Under the pieces are notes generated by a model, which saw only the letters and a program-made list of their open reading frames with translations, was not told the DNA's origin and did no database searches. From Amoebidium appalachense (lineage: Eukaryota > Protista > Ichthyosporea), in assembly GCA_963693365.1 (NCBI GenBank), contig CAVNZM010000001.1, positions 18,214,783 to 18,278,782 on the forward strand: a stretch of 64,000 nucleotides of DNA, read 5' to 3'. Made by a program: the position numbers and the translations under genes. How positions within the stretch are numbered: position 1 is the first letter of the stretch; every line of letters begins with the position of its first letter. Shown here one piece after another: positions 51,915-64,000 of this stretch.

Positions 51915-52262
51915 CACACACACACACACACAAACATGAACACAAACGCAACCACAGAGACACACACACAATCGTGCAGGGTGCTGTGTGCATTTGGTCC
52001 AAGCACATCTGTGATGCTTTTGCAACTTGTAATGGTTCGCACTTTGACACAATTCACGATTCCTTTTTCGTTGGCTGGCTCATGTATTCCTAGTTGTGAA
52101 GCCACACTGCCTTCGGAAGATTGGCACAGTGGTTTTGTATGCCCATGTGTCTGCTGTCATTTTCCTTGTCTTTAACGTATCCTCTCCCGTCACGTCCCCC
52201 CCCTCCCCGCGCCCCCCCTTCTCCTCCAAGGAAAAGAAAAAGAAGAAAGAAAAGAAAAAACA

Positions 52263-52312
<50 letters not shown>

Positions 52313-53215
52313 TGATGCTGACCTTTTGTTTGGAGTGCAGCAGCCGTCAGCGCACAATGAGCCGTGGTTCTTTGCCTATGTGCTCCTGGAGACCCTGGCC
52401 AAACTGACCTTCATCGAGGCAAACCAGCCCATATTTGCTGCCCTGACGGAGGACAGGCTGCAGCTCCTACTGGATTTCATCCACAAGCAGGTAAGGGAGG
52501 GGGAAGGGGGGAGGGAGGTTTGGAGTGCTGGGAATTCGACGGAGACCGAGGGGCAGGGGAGGGGAGTGGGGGGGGGGGGGAGGGGGGGGGGGGGGGGGGG
52601 GGGGGAGGAGGGGGGAGGGGGGGTGCATGGAATTCGACGGGGCCGCTGGGGAGGAAGGGGGGGGGGGGGGGGGGGGGGGGGGCTGCATGGAATTTGACGG
52701 AGACGTCCGGGGGAGGGGGGGGGGTTTCTTGGAATCCGACGGAGACGCACAGGGTGTGTGTGTGTTTGGGGGGGGGGGGGGGGGGAGGGGGGGGGAGGGG
52801 GGGGGGGGGGGGGGCTGAAAAGATCCGCAACTTGGTGCTGGACTCAGTTGGCTTTTGGTAGTGTGGGCTTGTGTATGTGTGCTGTTGCAGTGAAGCTTGC
52901 TGCATGTAGAACGTGCCCTCACTCCTTTCTCACTTGGAGAGATGGTAGGAGACTAAACCACAAGTGGTTTTCTTTCAAGGGGAGTCTTTTGTGGCGGGGG
53001 GGGGGGGGGTAGCAAGTGTTGGTGGTTGTTGATGTTACTGATGGCTGTTTGATGCACACAGGCACAGAACGTGGGGACACAGCGCAGTGAGGTAGCATTG
53101 GTGGTGCTGACAAACCTGGCCTACCTGCCTGCCCTGTGCAAGCCCATAGCTATGTTCCCGGCAATGCTGCCCCTGCTGATCCACATTGCCGACGAGAGGT
53201 GGGTGTGTGGGTGTG

Positions 53216-53251
<36 letters not shown>

Positions 53252-54152
53252 TGTGTTCCTGGAGTGAGCGTGTGTATTGATGTGCACTAGGATGTGTTGT
53301 GGAGAAGGTGCGCATGAGTGTAAGTTGGCATACACGTGTCAAGCATGTGCGCGCACACACACACACATGCATGCACCGACACTTGCACATGCACACAATG
53401 ACAGCCACACGGTCAGCCACACGCATACGTGCACATGCACACAATGACAGCCACACGGTCAGCCACACACATACGTGCACACACGTGCACATGCACACAC
53501 AGGCACACAGTGACAGCCGCACACGTACATAGCACAAGCACACACATACACACATGCATGCATACGCTGACACATGCAGACACACATTCGTGCATACGCT
53601 GACACATACACACACACGTGCATGCCCACACTGACACTCTATATACACAGTGCCAATCCTCCCGACATGAACGTTGTCGTACCCGAACACCAGCGCTGGA
53701 GGGCTGCCACTGTGCTGCAGTGCTTGGCCGTGGTTCCGGCCACACACCCGTATTTTGTCCCCATTGAAATGGTATACCCCCATGCAGTACCACACACATG
53801 GCCCCCCTTCACGTGCACCATTTGCATGTACACGTTCGTGCACTTGCGCCTACGCATGCATTCCCCCCTCCCCTCTCCTCCTCCCCCCTCCCCCTCCCCC
53901 CCCTCCCCCCTCCCCCTCCTCCTCCCCCCTCCCCCTCCCCCTCCCCCCCTCCCCCTCCCCAAACCCCTTCTACTAAAGCCGAACCTCTCCCCCTGTAAAC
54001 ATCTGCGGGTTGTTCTGCGGTGTGGGGCGTTTCTTTGAAAGTGCGTAGTGTGAAATGAGCAGTGGTTGGGTTTGAGTGGACCAGTACCAAGTCTTTCAGC
54101 TTTAACGTTATTGTTATTTTGTCACCTTAGGGGCACGTAAAAAAAAGGGGGG

Positions 54153-54185
<33 letters not shown>

Positions 54186-55056
54186 TCTAACAAAGAGTGT
54201 TTTCAGATAGGCTCGGTATGGATGTGTTCTCAACAGGGGGCTGTTGTACTCAGTATTGTGGGCCGTAATGTTGCCAGTGCGTTTACCATGTAGCTATTGT
54301 GAGCTACATATAGTGAAATCGTAGGGGATTTTGGCCGCGTTTACACTGCCGGGATATGATATGCCACTTGCCATATATGGTAACAAATATCCGATCGGGA
54401 TATTCAAATACCCCAAATCGCTGTTCACACTGGCAGGATATGATATGGCGAATTTCCTTTTTTGGTTAATTAAATTGTGCCAGTTTGGATATTAATTAGC
54501 CGGGGGATTGAGGGTAGGTCTATTTTATATGCAAGCGGGATATGTGCCGCGCCGGCGCTTTGTTAGTCTTACTTTATAAAAATATATGTATAAAGTTTAG
54601 AAAAAGCATTTATATTATTAATCAAACCGCTGTAAAAAATGTAGTTTGCATAAGTCAAAAAGTTTGTTGTAGAGACGACGCAAAGAAGATTTTTGAGCGT
54701 TTTACTCTTAGCGCCGTCGCCTGCACGGCTCAGTGCGCGGCGCTGGGAGATCGGTTTCGGCCTATCCGGGGAATCTTGCAAATATCCTTGGCCTATCATA
54801 TCCGCCCAATGTGAACGCGGCCTTTATTATGTGCTGGGGACCGATATATATATATATAACAGGGGGTGTTCGTGATTTTGCATTTACGAGATGGAGCCTC
54901 CTCAGGTTACATAGCCCAACACGCACCTGGCCGAGGAAAATCCCCGTCGATACATCTCAAGGAACACTTTAGCTCGCACACACATGCACCCTACCGTAAA
55001 TGCTCGCGGGGTCCACGGTACATGCACGTACATACGTACGAACCACACCAGTGCTC

Positions 55057-55091
<35 letters not shown>

Positions 55092-55625
55092 AATTTGTAA
55101 AGACCCCGCTTACCCCCACTTAAAACCCACGCAGGAGATCTTTGCGGCTCTGTGCACCAACACCCCCAATGCTACGTCGAAAGCCCTTGCCGGTATGTTT
55201 TCTGTGTTATGGCTTATGTACCATGACCAAAACATAAAAGATTCTACTGCGCTCTACAACTTTGTGGCTTTATGTGTGTAGAGAGTTGAAAGGGTGGTTA
55301 TGCAATATATAAGAAGTGTGCATATGGATTTCGCCCATGGTTCCATCTGTGGAGATAGTGTGCAGCGCGCGCATGTGTGCGTGTGTGTGAGAGTGTGTGT
55401 GGACGGTTGCCGTTGGCTGACTGGCCCGTGTGATGATCATAAAGTATTGTCTGTGTTGTTAACAACTTGGCCGTACGGGGTTCACCCACGCCGGCCGATG
55501 TTTTTGTCTATATTAGCCATAAGTGGTGCTTGTGCCGTTTAAGGTGGACCCTTTGTAACAGTGTGTGTTAGGCTAAACAACCTTGTCATAATTGGGTGTG
55601 TGGCCCGGCTCTGGTTTCGTGTGTC

Positions 55626-55666
<41 letters not shown>

Positions 55667-55683
55667 ACCCAAAAAAAAAAAAA

Positions 55684-55731
<48 letters not shown>

Positions 55732-55783
55732 AAAAAAAAACGTGCATTTGTGAGACAAGGCATTGTGGCTGACTATTCCCACA

Positions 55784-55847
<64 letters not shown>

Positions 55848-55880
55848 CTCCTGTACAACCTGCAATGGCAGACTGGGTGA
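39125..55880 (+). CDS. ARID1/Osa/SWI1-like SWI/SNF (BAF250) subunit: long low-complexity N-terminus, ARID domain, C-terminal BAF250_C-like helical domain
   Basis: Exon 39125-42274 (G/Q/P/M-rich; three apparent frameshifts, all at homopolymers) and 43220-45548. ARID exons: 46883-46952 (PKIGGQTVDLFKLYNLVT), 47401-47484 (NGG...WPLLCDALGFP), 48191-48297 (YLRYLEPYE). Then ~48769-48885 (RRRPRIRKEML), 49524-49681 (VVRALQCGALGETTYALNTLLVL, like ARID1A [23 protein letters not shown]), 50169-50274, 50794-51506, 52341-52490 (LETLAKL), 53062-53198 (EVALVVLTNL), 53651-53771 (RAATVLQCLA), 55135-55192 and 55846-55880 (SKALAELLYNL..., TGA). Confidence 0.88.
42286..42485 (+). mobile_element. Same element, copy F, in the first intron of the ARID1-like gene
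   Basis: Donor GTGCAAA-CCCC, then ACTCATGTTCAAGTG...CATTCAAAA + poly(C). Confidence 0.8.
43481..44155 (+). repeat. Coding minisatellite, 27-bp unit x ~25, encoding GPEGDMRRP
   Basis: Seen directly: seven perfect peptide units at 43697-43885, degenerate units on both flanks, with synonymous variation among units. Confidence 0.95.
54333..54822. mobile_element. MITE, PIF/Harbinger-like, in an ARID1-like intron
   Basis: Imperfect ~34-bp terminal inverted repeats: GGCCGCGTTTACACTGCCGGGATATGATATGCCA versus the reverse complement of the right end GGCCGCGTTCACATTGGGCGGATATGATAGGCCA. TTT on both flanks (3-bp TSD), a subterminal TIR-like copy at ~54420, and an AT-rich non-coding interior. Confidence 0.8.
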
Positions 55881-56144
55881 GTCGTCACCTGGCATCTGAT
55901 CATCATGCGAATGGGTCCTTCATATACGTCACGGCTTGTTGTACCTGGGACTGTGTGCACGAAAATATTTGACTGGTTTGGTCGTGGGTTTTGGAATTTC
56001 TATGTTACCGACGTAACGTCGATCTGATCAGACCTTTTGCTTTCTGATCCATTTGGCATTTAATCCGTCTGCCATTTTTCTTTTCTCCTCTTTTTTGTTT
56101 GGTTTGGTTTGGTTTTGTTTTGGTTTGTTTGCTTTGCACCCCAA

Positions 56145-56225
<81 letters not shown>

Positions 56226-57646
56226 TAGTGAAGTTTGCACATGATCGATCTCCGAATATGTACACGTAATCAAACTGGTCTATCCGAATATGCGTATCGT
56301 ATTGTTTGCCACGTTTGGTATCCCTCTGTGTATGCAGAGAGGCAAAAAGACTAGGCCTGTATTTTGCCTTCCATAAAAGCTGTTGTGTTTTCATAGAACG
56401 ATTTGTCTCGAAGCAATGTGCGTGTGTTTTTTTTTTTCTTTCTTTTTTTTCTTTTTTTTTATTTTTATTTTTTTTTTTTTTATCTGGGCTACTTTTTTGC
56501 TCTACGTGTAGTTGCAGGGTTGCCATCCCCATTGTAATGCGGCATGTGCCTTGCCCAGACAAGTTTCACGAATATAACGTTAATGATTTATGCAAGTGTT
56601 GACTGGCGACCCCTCCCCCCCCCCCCCCCCCCCCCCACCACCACCACCACCACCACCACCACCACCACCACACACACACACCACCACCACCACCACCGCC
56701 ACCCAAAAAAAAAAAAAAGGAGAGAGAGAGAAGAAAAAGAAAGAAAGAAAAATACACCCATCCCATCCACCCATCTACCCTGCCAAGAGAAGAGGACTTC
56801 CAGAGAAATGTAGGGGGAGTGTGGGTGGGTGAGTGGGCGTGTAGGTGGGAATTAGGAGAGAAGGAAGCCACTAAGGAGGAAAAAACTGCGCGCACACGGA
56901 CCCGAGCTGAACCCCATCAAGCACAAGACGTCGACACACAAAAAAGTCAGCACTGGGGCACCCACTTTACCACAACACTATTTAGTAGAATTTGCAACAC
57001 AACTCGCTAAACCATCACCACCACACAACTATCACCCATACTATCACCACTCAACCACTGCACACACAACGAGACCATCGATATCACCACATCCAACCAC
57101 TCGAGACACCGCACTAATATTAGTGCATAGGTCTATACTGTGCATAAAACCCAAACATAATCACCATATGCATTGTGCATGTGGCCATGCATGCCGTGGT
57201 CAACTTAGGCTAAATGCATGGTCACAAACACACACACGTTATACTACCTGTGCCGCCGCCACTGGCAACGGAAGGACACACACACATACACACACACACA
57301 CACACACACCACACACACACACACACGTGACGCACAAGCTCACTTACGGATAATCATCGCAGTCACCAACACAAGGACAACAGCATGTGCACATACACTA
57401 CACTTATACAGGCCCGTGTTCTACCTTGGTGCATTAAATTTTACTTGCGATACATTTCTGTGCAGAAGGGTAGTATACATCCCTAATTATTTAATGCCCG
57501 TGCCCGGAACAGGGCCGTGGCTTATGCCCAGAAGCATATTTACACGTAGCCCCTCAACATAGCCAGCCATACCGTGTCTTGCATCACTGTATCGTTCACT
57601 CAAGGCACAGAGGTCCGTAAACTTTCCCATATCTTTCTTTTGTGCG

Positions 57647-57692
<46 letters not shown>

Positions 57693-57818
57693 CTGTGGAT
57701 CTCTATGATATATATCCCGTTGGTGTGGTACGCGTATCGCACGGTACATTCGCATTTGTTTACATATCACGTGAATCCCACATTATTTACATGACCCGAC
57801 ATCTGCCCCCACTAATAA

Positions 57819-58442
57819 TTAACTCGTGTGTGCGCCCTTAATCACGGCAAGTACATCGTGCACCACCCACGGGAAGCTCGTCCAGTCATATGCCCTCCCT
57901 TCGGATTGGGGGTGGCCGGGCTGCTGGGTGGGATGATAGCAGGCACAGTACCATGCATAGGCCTTGGCACACACACTGCTGACGTCATCAGGGGGCAGCG
58001 GTGGGAGGAGATTGGATGCGCGCCCCTTGTGCTGGAGAGGGAAAGGAAAGATCATTGGTTGGTTGTTGAAGTGCAAGTGTGTGTGTGTTTATGTGTGTGT
58101 GTGTGTGCGTGTGTGTAGTGAAGAGGGGGGAAGGGGGCGGTGGGAGGGGGAGGACGGGGGACATATCAAGATTTCATGTGGTGCAGCTGTGCCTAATCCT
58201 AAATACTCATGATTAGGTGGATACATGTGCAAACCCACATCACCGCGGGAAGAGAAGGTGGGGAGGGTACAGGTCGACCATACCTGGTCCCCCATTGAAT
58301 GGGTGTTAAGTGCGGAATACGGTTTGTGACCGTTTACACCTTGTCACCCTATTTGAATTTTTTATTTTTTTTTTCCTTTTTTTGGGGGGGGGTGGGGGTA
58401 TAAAGGAGGGGATGGCAAAGAGGAAAAAACTCCGAGACCGAC

Positions 58443-58491
<49 letters not shown>

Positions 58492-58757
58492 GTGTGTGTG
58501 TGTGTCTGTGTGTGTGTGTGTGTGCGCGCGCGCGCAAGCGTGCGCGTGTGCATGCATATGTATGTATTTGTAAACTTGTGTGTGTATGTATCACGCAGTG
58601 GCCTGTGTATATTTGTAATATGAGTGAATTTGTGAAACTTAGTGCTCATTTCTGTGCGTGTTTGTGTTTGTGGGTTGTTCATGTTTGGTGTGTATGTGTA
58701 CAGGAGATGTGTCTTTGTGTGTGCAGGATGGGAGTTCAGGAGGAAGGCGGAGCCCCT

Positions 58758-58790
<33 letters not shown>

Positions 58791-59164
58791 AGGGGGAGGG
58801 GGGAGGAGAAGGGGGGGGGGGGGGGGGGGGGGGGCACTACCTGCTGATAGGTTTCTTCGTCGACAAACTCGAGCCAAAACTCCTCCCTGTAGCGGCACCT
58901 CAGTGCAGCCACGCAGCCACGCACCTTGTCCCGTACCTCTCCCTGGCCCTTGCGCCTGGGCCCTGCCGTCTCCTTCAGACACCCACTCACTGCCTCCGCC
59001 TCTGACTCGATACCGTACGTGTTCATCATCCTGGGGTGGTGTTTGGGGGATAGATGACGGGTATGTGTGTGTTTGTGTGTGTGTGAGTGTGTGAGTGAGT
59101 GAGTGTGTGTGTGTGTGGGAAGAGGCTCGCCGTTGCGGAGGACTGGAAGAGGAGAGAGGAAAAA

Positions 59165-59220
<56 letters not shown>

Positions 59221-59529
59221 GGGCGCGGAGAATGGGGGGGGGAGGGGGGGGGGGGGGAGGGGGGAATGGGTGGTACCAGGCTGTGAGGGGGCTGGAAGTC
59301 AAGGGAAATGGGGACAGAAAGGGGAGCTCTTTGCAATCAGTTTGGACAAAATTACACAGTGCAAGTGCATGCGTGTACCTGTGCATGACATGGGAAAGGG
59401 AATAGGGGTAGAGTGGGAGAGACGGGAGAGCAAGGATGATTCGTGTGGGGATTGGGGGTTGTTTGTTTTTTTTTTTGTTTTTTTTTTGTTTTTTTTTTGG
59501 GGGGGGGGGGGGGGAGGGGGAGGGGGGGG

Positions 59530-59564
<35 letters not shown>

Positions 59565-59669
59565 GAAGGGGCATGTATACTCGCAAAAGTGTTGTGAAAC
59601 GTGGCATGTGACATGGCGTTACGTGTACACATGCGCCACTAGGAATCCCCTCGGAAAAAGAATGGAGAA

Positions 59670-59703
<34 letters not shown>

Positions 59704-59778
59704 TTGGGTTTACAGGTTAGACTGTGCACGTGTGTACTTACGCATGGGCCTGTTAACGCTCCGAGTCTCTCTTTTTTT

Positions 59779-59838
<60 letters not shown>

Positions 59839-61509
59839 GGCCGGGATTGTGTACCTTTTGAGTTGGTCCTCGTAGCAGTCTCTGTGGTAGATGGCCTCAT
59901 CAAAGTGTTCGATCCACCCGGCACACACAAGATGGGGGTCGAGCCTCACAGATACTGGTTGCACAACAAGGAGCTGGGCAAAAGAGTAGAGGAGATTGGA
60001 TTGTTTGGGGTGCAAGGGGAGGGGAAGGGGGGGGGGGGGGGGGGGGGGGGGGGGAAGGGGATGTCAGGAGGGGAGGAAGGGAGAAGGAAGTGGCTGGGGT
60101 GGGAGTGGAGGTTGGTGGCGGGGGGGGGGGGGGGGGGGGGGGGGGGAGGGGGGGGGGGGGGGGGGGTTAGAGAAGGGGGAGGAAGGGGGGGGGGGGGGGG
60201 GGAGTCCATGCTAAGGGGTAAGGGGGGTAGGGGGGGTGGAGCCTGTGTGTGGGGGGGCGGTGGGGGGGGGAGGGGGGGGGGGGGGGGGAAGAAGGGAGGG
60301 AGGAAGTGAGGGTGGGGAAGGGTTGTTGGAATGTGTTATCGAGTATGAAGTCAGGCTGTACACATTGATGAGGAGCAACAGAGTGCAAAATTCACATAAT
60401 AATCATGCATTGCACAGAGCCCGTTCTCAGAGGGACCCCAAGTCGCCGGGGGCGGAGGGGGGGGGGGAGGGGGGGGGGGGGGGGGGGGGGGAGTGTTTGG
60501 GATTGGGGTTTTTTAATTTTTTTTATAGGGGTATCTTTTGTGAGGCAAGGGAATAATGCTTCGGCATACTTTACTATGTTCACATCTTCCCTCGGCACAG
60601 CATAGCACGAAAATATACACCACGACACACACAACAAACATACTCTCTCTCACTCAAAACAAAGGAGATGCATGTTTACCTTAGAAAACGGCAAAAAAAA
60701 ACAAAGAAAAAAGAAAAAAAAGGACAAAGTGGGAAAAAAGGAACATCAGAAGATAACCTGTTGCAAGCACACCCAGCTACATTTTGACATATCACGGAGC
60801 TGTCATATCCCAACAACCATCATGTTCCCAATCTTCTCATTCACATGGACATATCCCACCCCCAACATATCCCGACCCACCTCATCCTCTGTCTTCATGG
60901 CCCGATACATATGCCCCAGAGCCTTCTCCGATCTGTATATATTCCGGCTGCCGTTATCCATGAAGTCGGGATATATTTTGGGCACCAATTCACGCGGCAT
61001 TACTGCCGGAACTCCAGTCTGCGTGGGTTTTGGGAGTTAATCCAAATTTATTCACATGGCCGTAAACCCTATTGATTGGTTTCCCCAGTTTTGGTTACAT
61101 CTTTCTTTTAAGGTACTACAAATTCCCTTTGGGCTTGGCCATGGTCGTACAGATTTCTCATTGTAGAGTAACCTGTACCACAGTCCCACCCACATACTAC
61201 CACCACAACATAGTGACCCATCCATTGGCCGGGTGAAAACCATGCCGATTAGAACTCAAGGTCACCCTAGTATGATCACCCTCCAAAGCCCTTCTTCGAT
61301 TATTTACACCTATGAAGTGTCACCATGTGCACCATAGACTTGACTGGTGGAAGTTTTTCTAACAGTCTGCACATGGAATTCACAAGGTGGATATTTAATA
61401 TAAATCCCACGGTCATGCATGAAACATCCAAATCACATTTTAGGGGGCACCTGCGCGTCTTGATCTTATCAGTGTTTCGACGAGACCCCCCCCCCCCTGC
61501 CCCATCTCC

Positions 61510-61548
<39 letters not shown>

Positions 61549-62183
61549 TTCCCCTCCTCCCCCCACCCCCTCCCTTAATGTTTAAGTGTGGATATTCCGT
61601 TTGCATGATTTATGTTTTGGGGGCACCTTTGAGAAATCCACAGCCATGGAGTGCAGGGGGGCCAGCAGCAGGCACTCGCTGCAACTTGCCCCAAGTGAGC
61701 TCTGGTCGGCCCATACAAGGTGGGCACTGGCAATCTGGCCCAGGTTGTCGTTGATGACGTAGTCCACAAGAAATGACGTCACGTCAGTGATCTGCACCTG
61801 TGGATCGTGGGTGTGGGTGTGGGTGTGTGGGGGCGCGGGGGGGGGGGGGGGGGGGGAGGATGGTTGCGCCAGCCTGCGTGTGGCCCGTGGGCGGGGAAAG
61901 GAGGGGGGAGGGGGGGGGGGGAGGGAAGAGAGGGCATTGAGGAGGAAGGGAGAAAGATGGGGACGGGAGGGGGGGGGTTGGGGTGGGGGGAGGAGGGCAG
62001 GATTATGTGAAACACAGAAGTGTAGAAGGAAATATTTGTGTGGGTTGTCTGGAATGCGGAGAAGAAGGCTCGGGGTAGTGGAGGTGGGCCCCAAAAGTAT
62101 GCAAGAGATGCTGTGCTGACCTTTCGGTAGAGCTACTTTAACATGGTGAAGCTGCAAGGAGAGGGAGTGTGTGTGTGGGAGAG

Positions 62184-62214
<31 letters not shown>

Positions 62215-62304
62215 GGCAGGGCGGGTTGGAATCGGGCGGGGTATACACACACCAAGAGAATTCGAAGGGGGCTAATGGAGAGCTGGAGAGTAAAGGGCAG
62301 GGGG

Positions 62305-62369
<65 letters not shown>

Positions 62370-63571
62370 TGTGTGTGTGTGTCCGTTTTTTTTTTTTTTT
62401 TTTTTTGGGGGGGGGGGGGGGGGTTGTTACCTGGTCGGGGACAGTCTTTGGTGCGGGGGCAGTGTAGTCCATGGGCTCATGGTTCTGAAACGCTAGCAGT
62501 CTGTGTGGCGGGGGGTAAGTGGCGTTTTCTCTCCGTCATTCCCTCGGGGGTCGGGGGGGGGGGGGGGGGGGAGGGACAGGAGCGGAAGAGCTGGGGGGGA
62601 GGGGGGGGGGGGCTGTGGGGGGGGGAGGGGGGGGGGGTAGAAGCAGGATTTACATGTGCGGGGAGGAGGCTTTGGGGGTGGGAAAGGTCATAGTGGTATG
62701 GTGGTGGTGGGGGCGGGAGTGGAAGAGGGGAGGGGGAGGGGGAGGGGAGGGGGAGGGAGTAAGGGGGGGGGGGTAAGGGGAAGTAATGCCTTGGGTCCCA
62801 TGAGATGATGTAGATATCGCCATCGAGGTCAGATCCGGCCATCTGATTTGGTGCCGGGCGCATTCCATGCTGCGAGAACACAACCACGTTGACCAGGTGA
62901 TGCAGCGCTGGCACGTCCACACCCTCCAGCAGTCTGACGTCACCTGACGTGATTTTATTGGTCAGTATCGACCAATCAGTTCCCTTCACTGCTCAAACTA
63001 CACACATTCCCATGCTCTGCAGTATTCGGTCTACACTCTCTGAAACCTTCCTCCGTTTCCCCTCTCCCACTCCATAAGCACCTACACCATGTCTCTACCC
63101 CACCTCCTTTCACCAAATCTTCCTCCCACAACCTATATCTCCCCCTTGCCAACCAACTACCTAACTCCACTCCCATACCCCACTCTTAACAACATCACAG
63201 CCATAATCCTTTAGGTTTGGGTGTTTGGTCGTGAGGGACGGGGAAGGTGGCGGCTAGGCAGGAACTGTGTATGTGGTGTGTGTGTGGGGGGGGGGGGGGG
63301 GAGGGGGGGGGGGAGGGGGGGGGAGAGGGAAGGGGACTTCGAAGGGGAGAAGAAAAGGGGGGAAGTGTTGGGGAAGGGGGGTTCAAGATATACCCGGATG
63401 CAGCATGGGGCTCTTTGAGACCATCAATGTTCCCGTTCTGATTGTGTTTGGACCCCCCTTAGGCCCAAATTGCACGAAAATTTGGCCCTCCGCTAGCAGG
63501 CCCGTCTCATCGACCACCCCCAAAAGACAAACACCCTGCGGTATCAACACACGAGCCTTGCAGAGAACTTC
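57819..63571 (-). CDS. Eukaryotic RNA-dependent RNA polymerase (RDR/QDE-1/EGO-1 family, RNAi), 3' part
   Basis: Minus-strand exons: 63571-63394 ([19 protein letters not shown]...KSPMLHPG), 62943-62790 (DVRLL...[26 protein letters not shown], catalytic DLDGD), 62500-62431 (EPMDY), 61797-61627 ([11 protein letters not shown]...[10 protein letters not shown]), 61018-~60860 (TGVP...YPDFM...[11 protein letters not shown]), ~59975-59853, ~59031-58841 ([14 protein letters not shown]), terminal exon to TAA at 57819 (KAYAWY...SFPW). Some small exons around 60300-60800 and 58200-58300 are unresolved. Confidence 0.95.
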
Positions 63572-64000
63572 CTGTATGGTTGGTTGGTGTGTGTGTGTGA
63601 TGGGGGGGGGGGGGGGGGGGGGGGAGGGGGGAGGGGGGGGGAAGGGGGGGGGGAGGGGGGGGGGGAAGGGGGGGGGGAGGGGGGGGAGGGAGGGAGGGGG
63701 GCGAGGTTGAAGGGGGCGGGGAAGAGGGGGTGGGAGGGGTGAAGAGGGAAGGGGCATGGATCGTGACTTATCTGTGTTTGTATTGGGACGATGGGAATGA
63801 GAGTGTGTTAGTAAACAGGGGGCCGAGATTTAGAGCGTGCTTGTAGGGAAGCTGGGAGGAAGAGACGGGAGAGGGGAAGAAGAAGAAAAAGAAGAAGGGG
63901 GGGGGACTGGAGAATGTACAATCAATCATACACGGCGTGGCTAAAGGATTGTTGTAACTACCGACCCTCTTGGAATGCAGTAGCTGGGTGGGTGGGTTTG

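Noticed and set aside
54207-54293. Alternative terminal exon for the ARID1-like gene (IGSVWMCSQQ...TAG)
   Set aside because: Exons 55135-55192 and 55846-55880 are in phase and match the ARID1 C-terminal helix pattern better.
57819-63571. RdRP as a viral polymerase or as functionally linked to the poly(C) element
   Set aside because: It is an intron-rich DLDGD-type cellular RNAi RdRP, and proximity in a eukaryotic genome is not evidence of linkage.

Overview
Eukaryotic, intron-dense genomic DNA saturated with (CA)n, (CT)n and poly(C)/poly(G) tracts. It is probably from a unicellular eukaryote, but the taxon cannot be established from the window. Most ORF-track entries are microsatellite artefacts, so genes were rebuilt by hand from splice sites and reading phase. 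The window holds: the 3' part of a VPS4-like AAA ATPase; a head-to-head duplicated pair of intronless, secreted, probably GPI-anchored small proteins; an intronless F-box+ankyrin gene; a 12-exon TRM61/TRMT61A tRNA m1A58 methyltransferase gene with a tRNA-Leu(CAA) inside one intron; an ARID1/Osa/SWI1-like SWI/SNF subunit with a ~25-copy nonapeptide repeat; a Harbinger-like MITE; and the 3' part of an RNAi-type RNA-dependent RNA polymerase on the minus strand. The best candidate for something undescribed is a family of six 3'-anchored, variably 5'-truncated copies of a non-coding, densely base-paired, pseudoknotted element, each followed directly by poly(C). This pattern suggests a poly(C)-targeting non-LTR retroelement/SINE that exploits the C-runs this genome carries just downstream of 5' splice sites.
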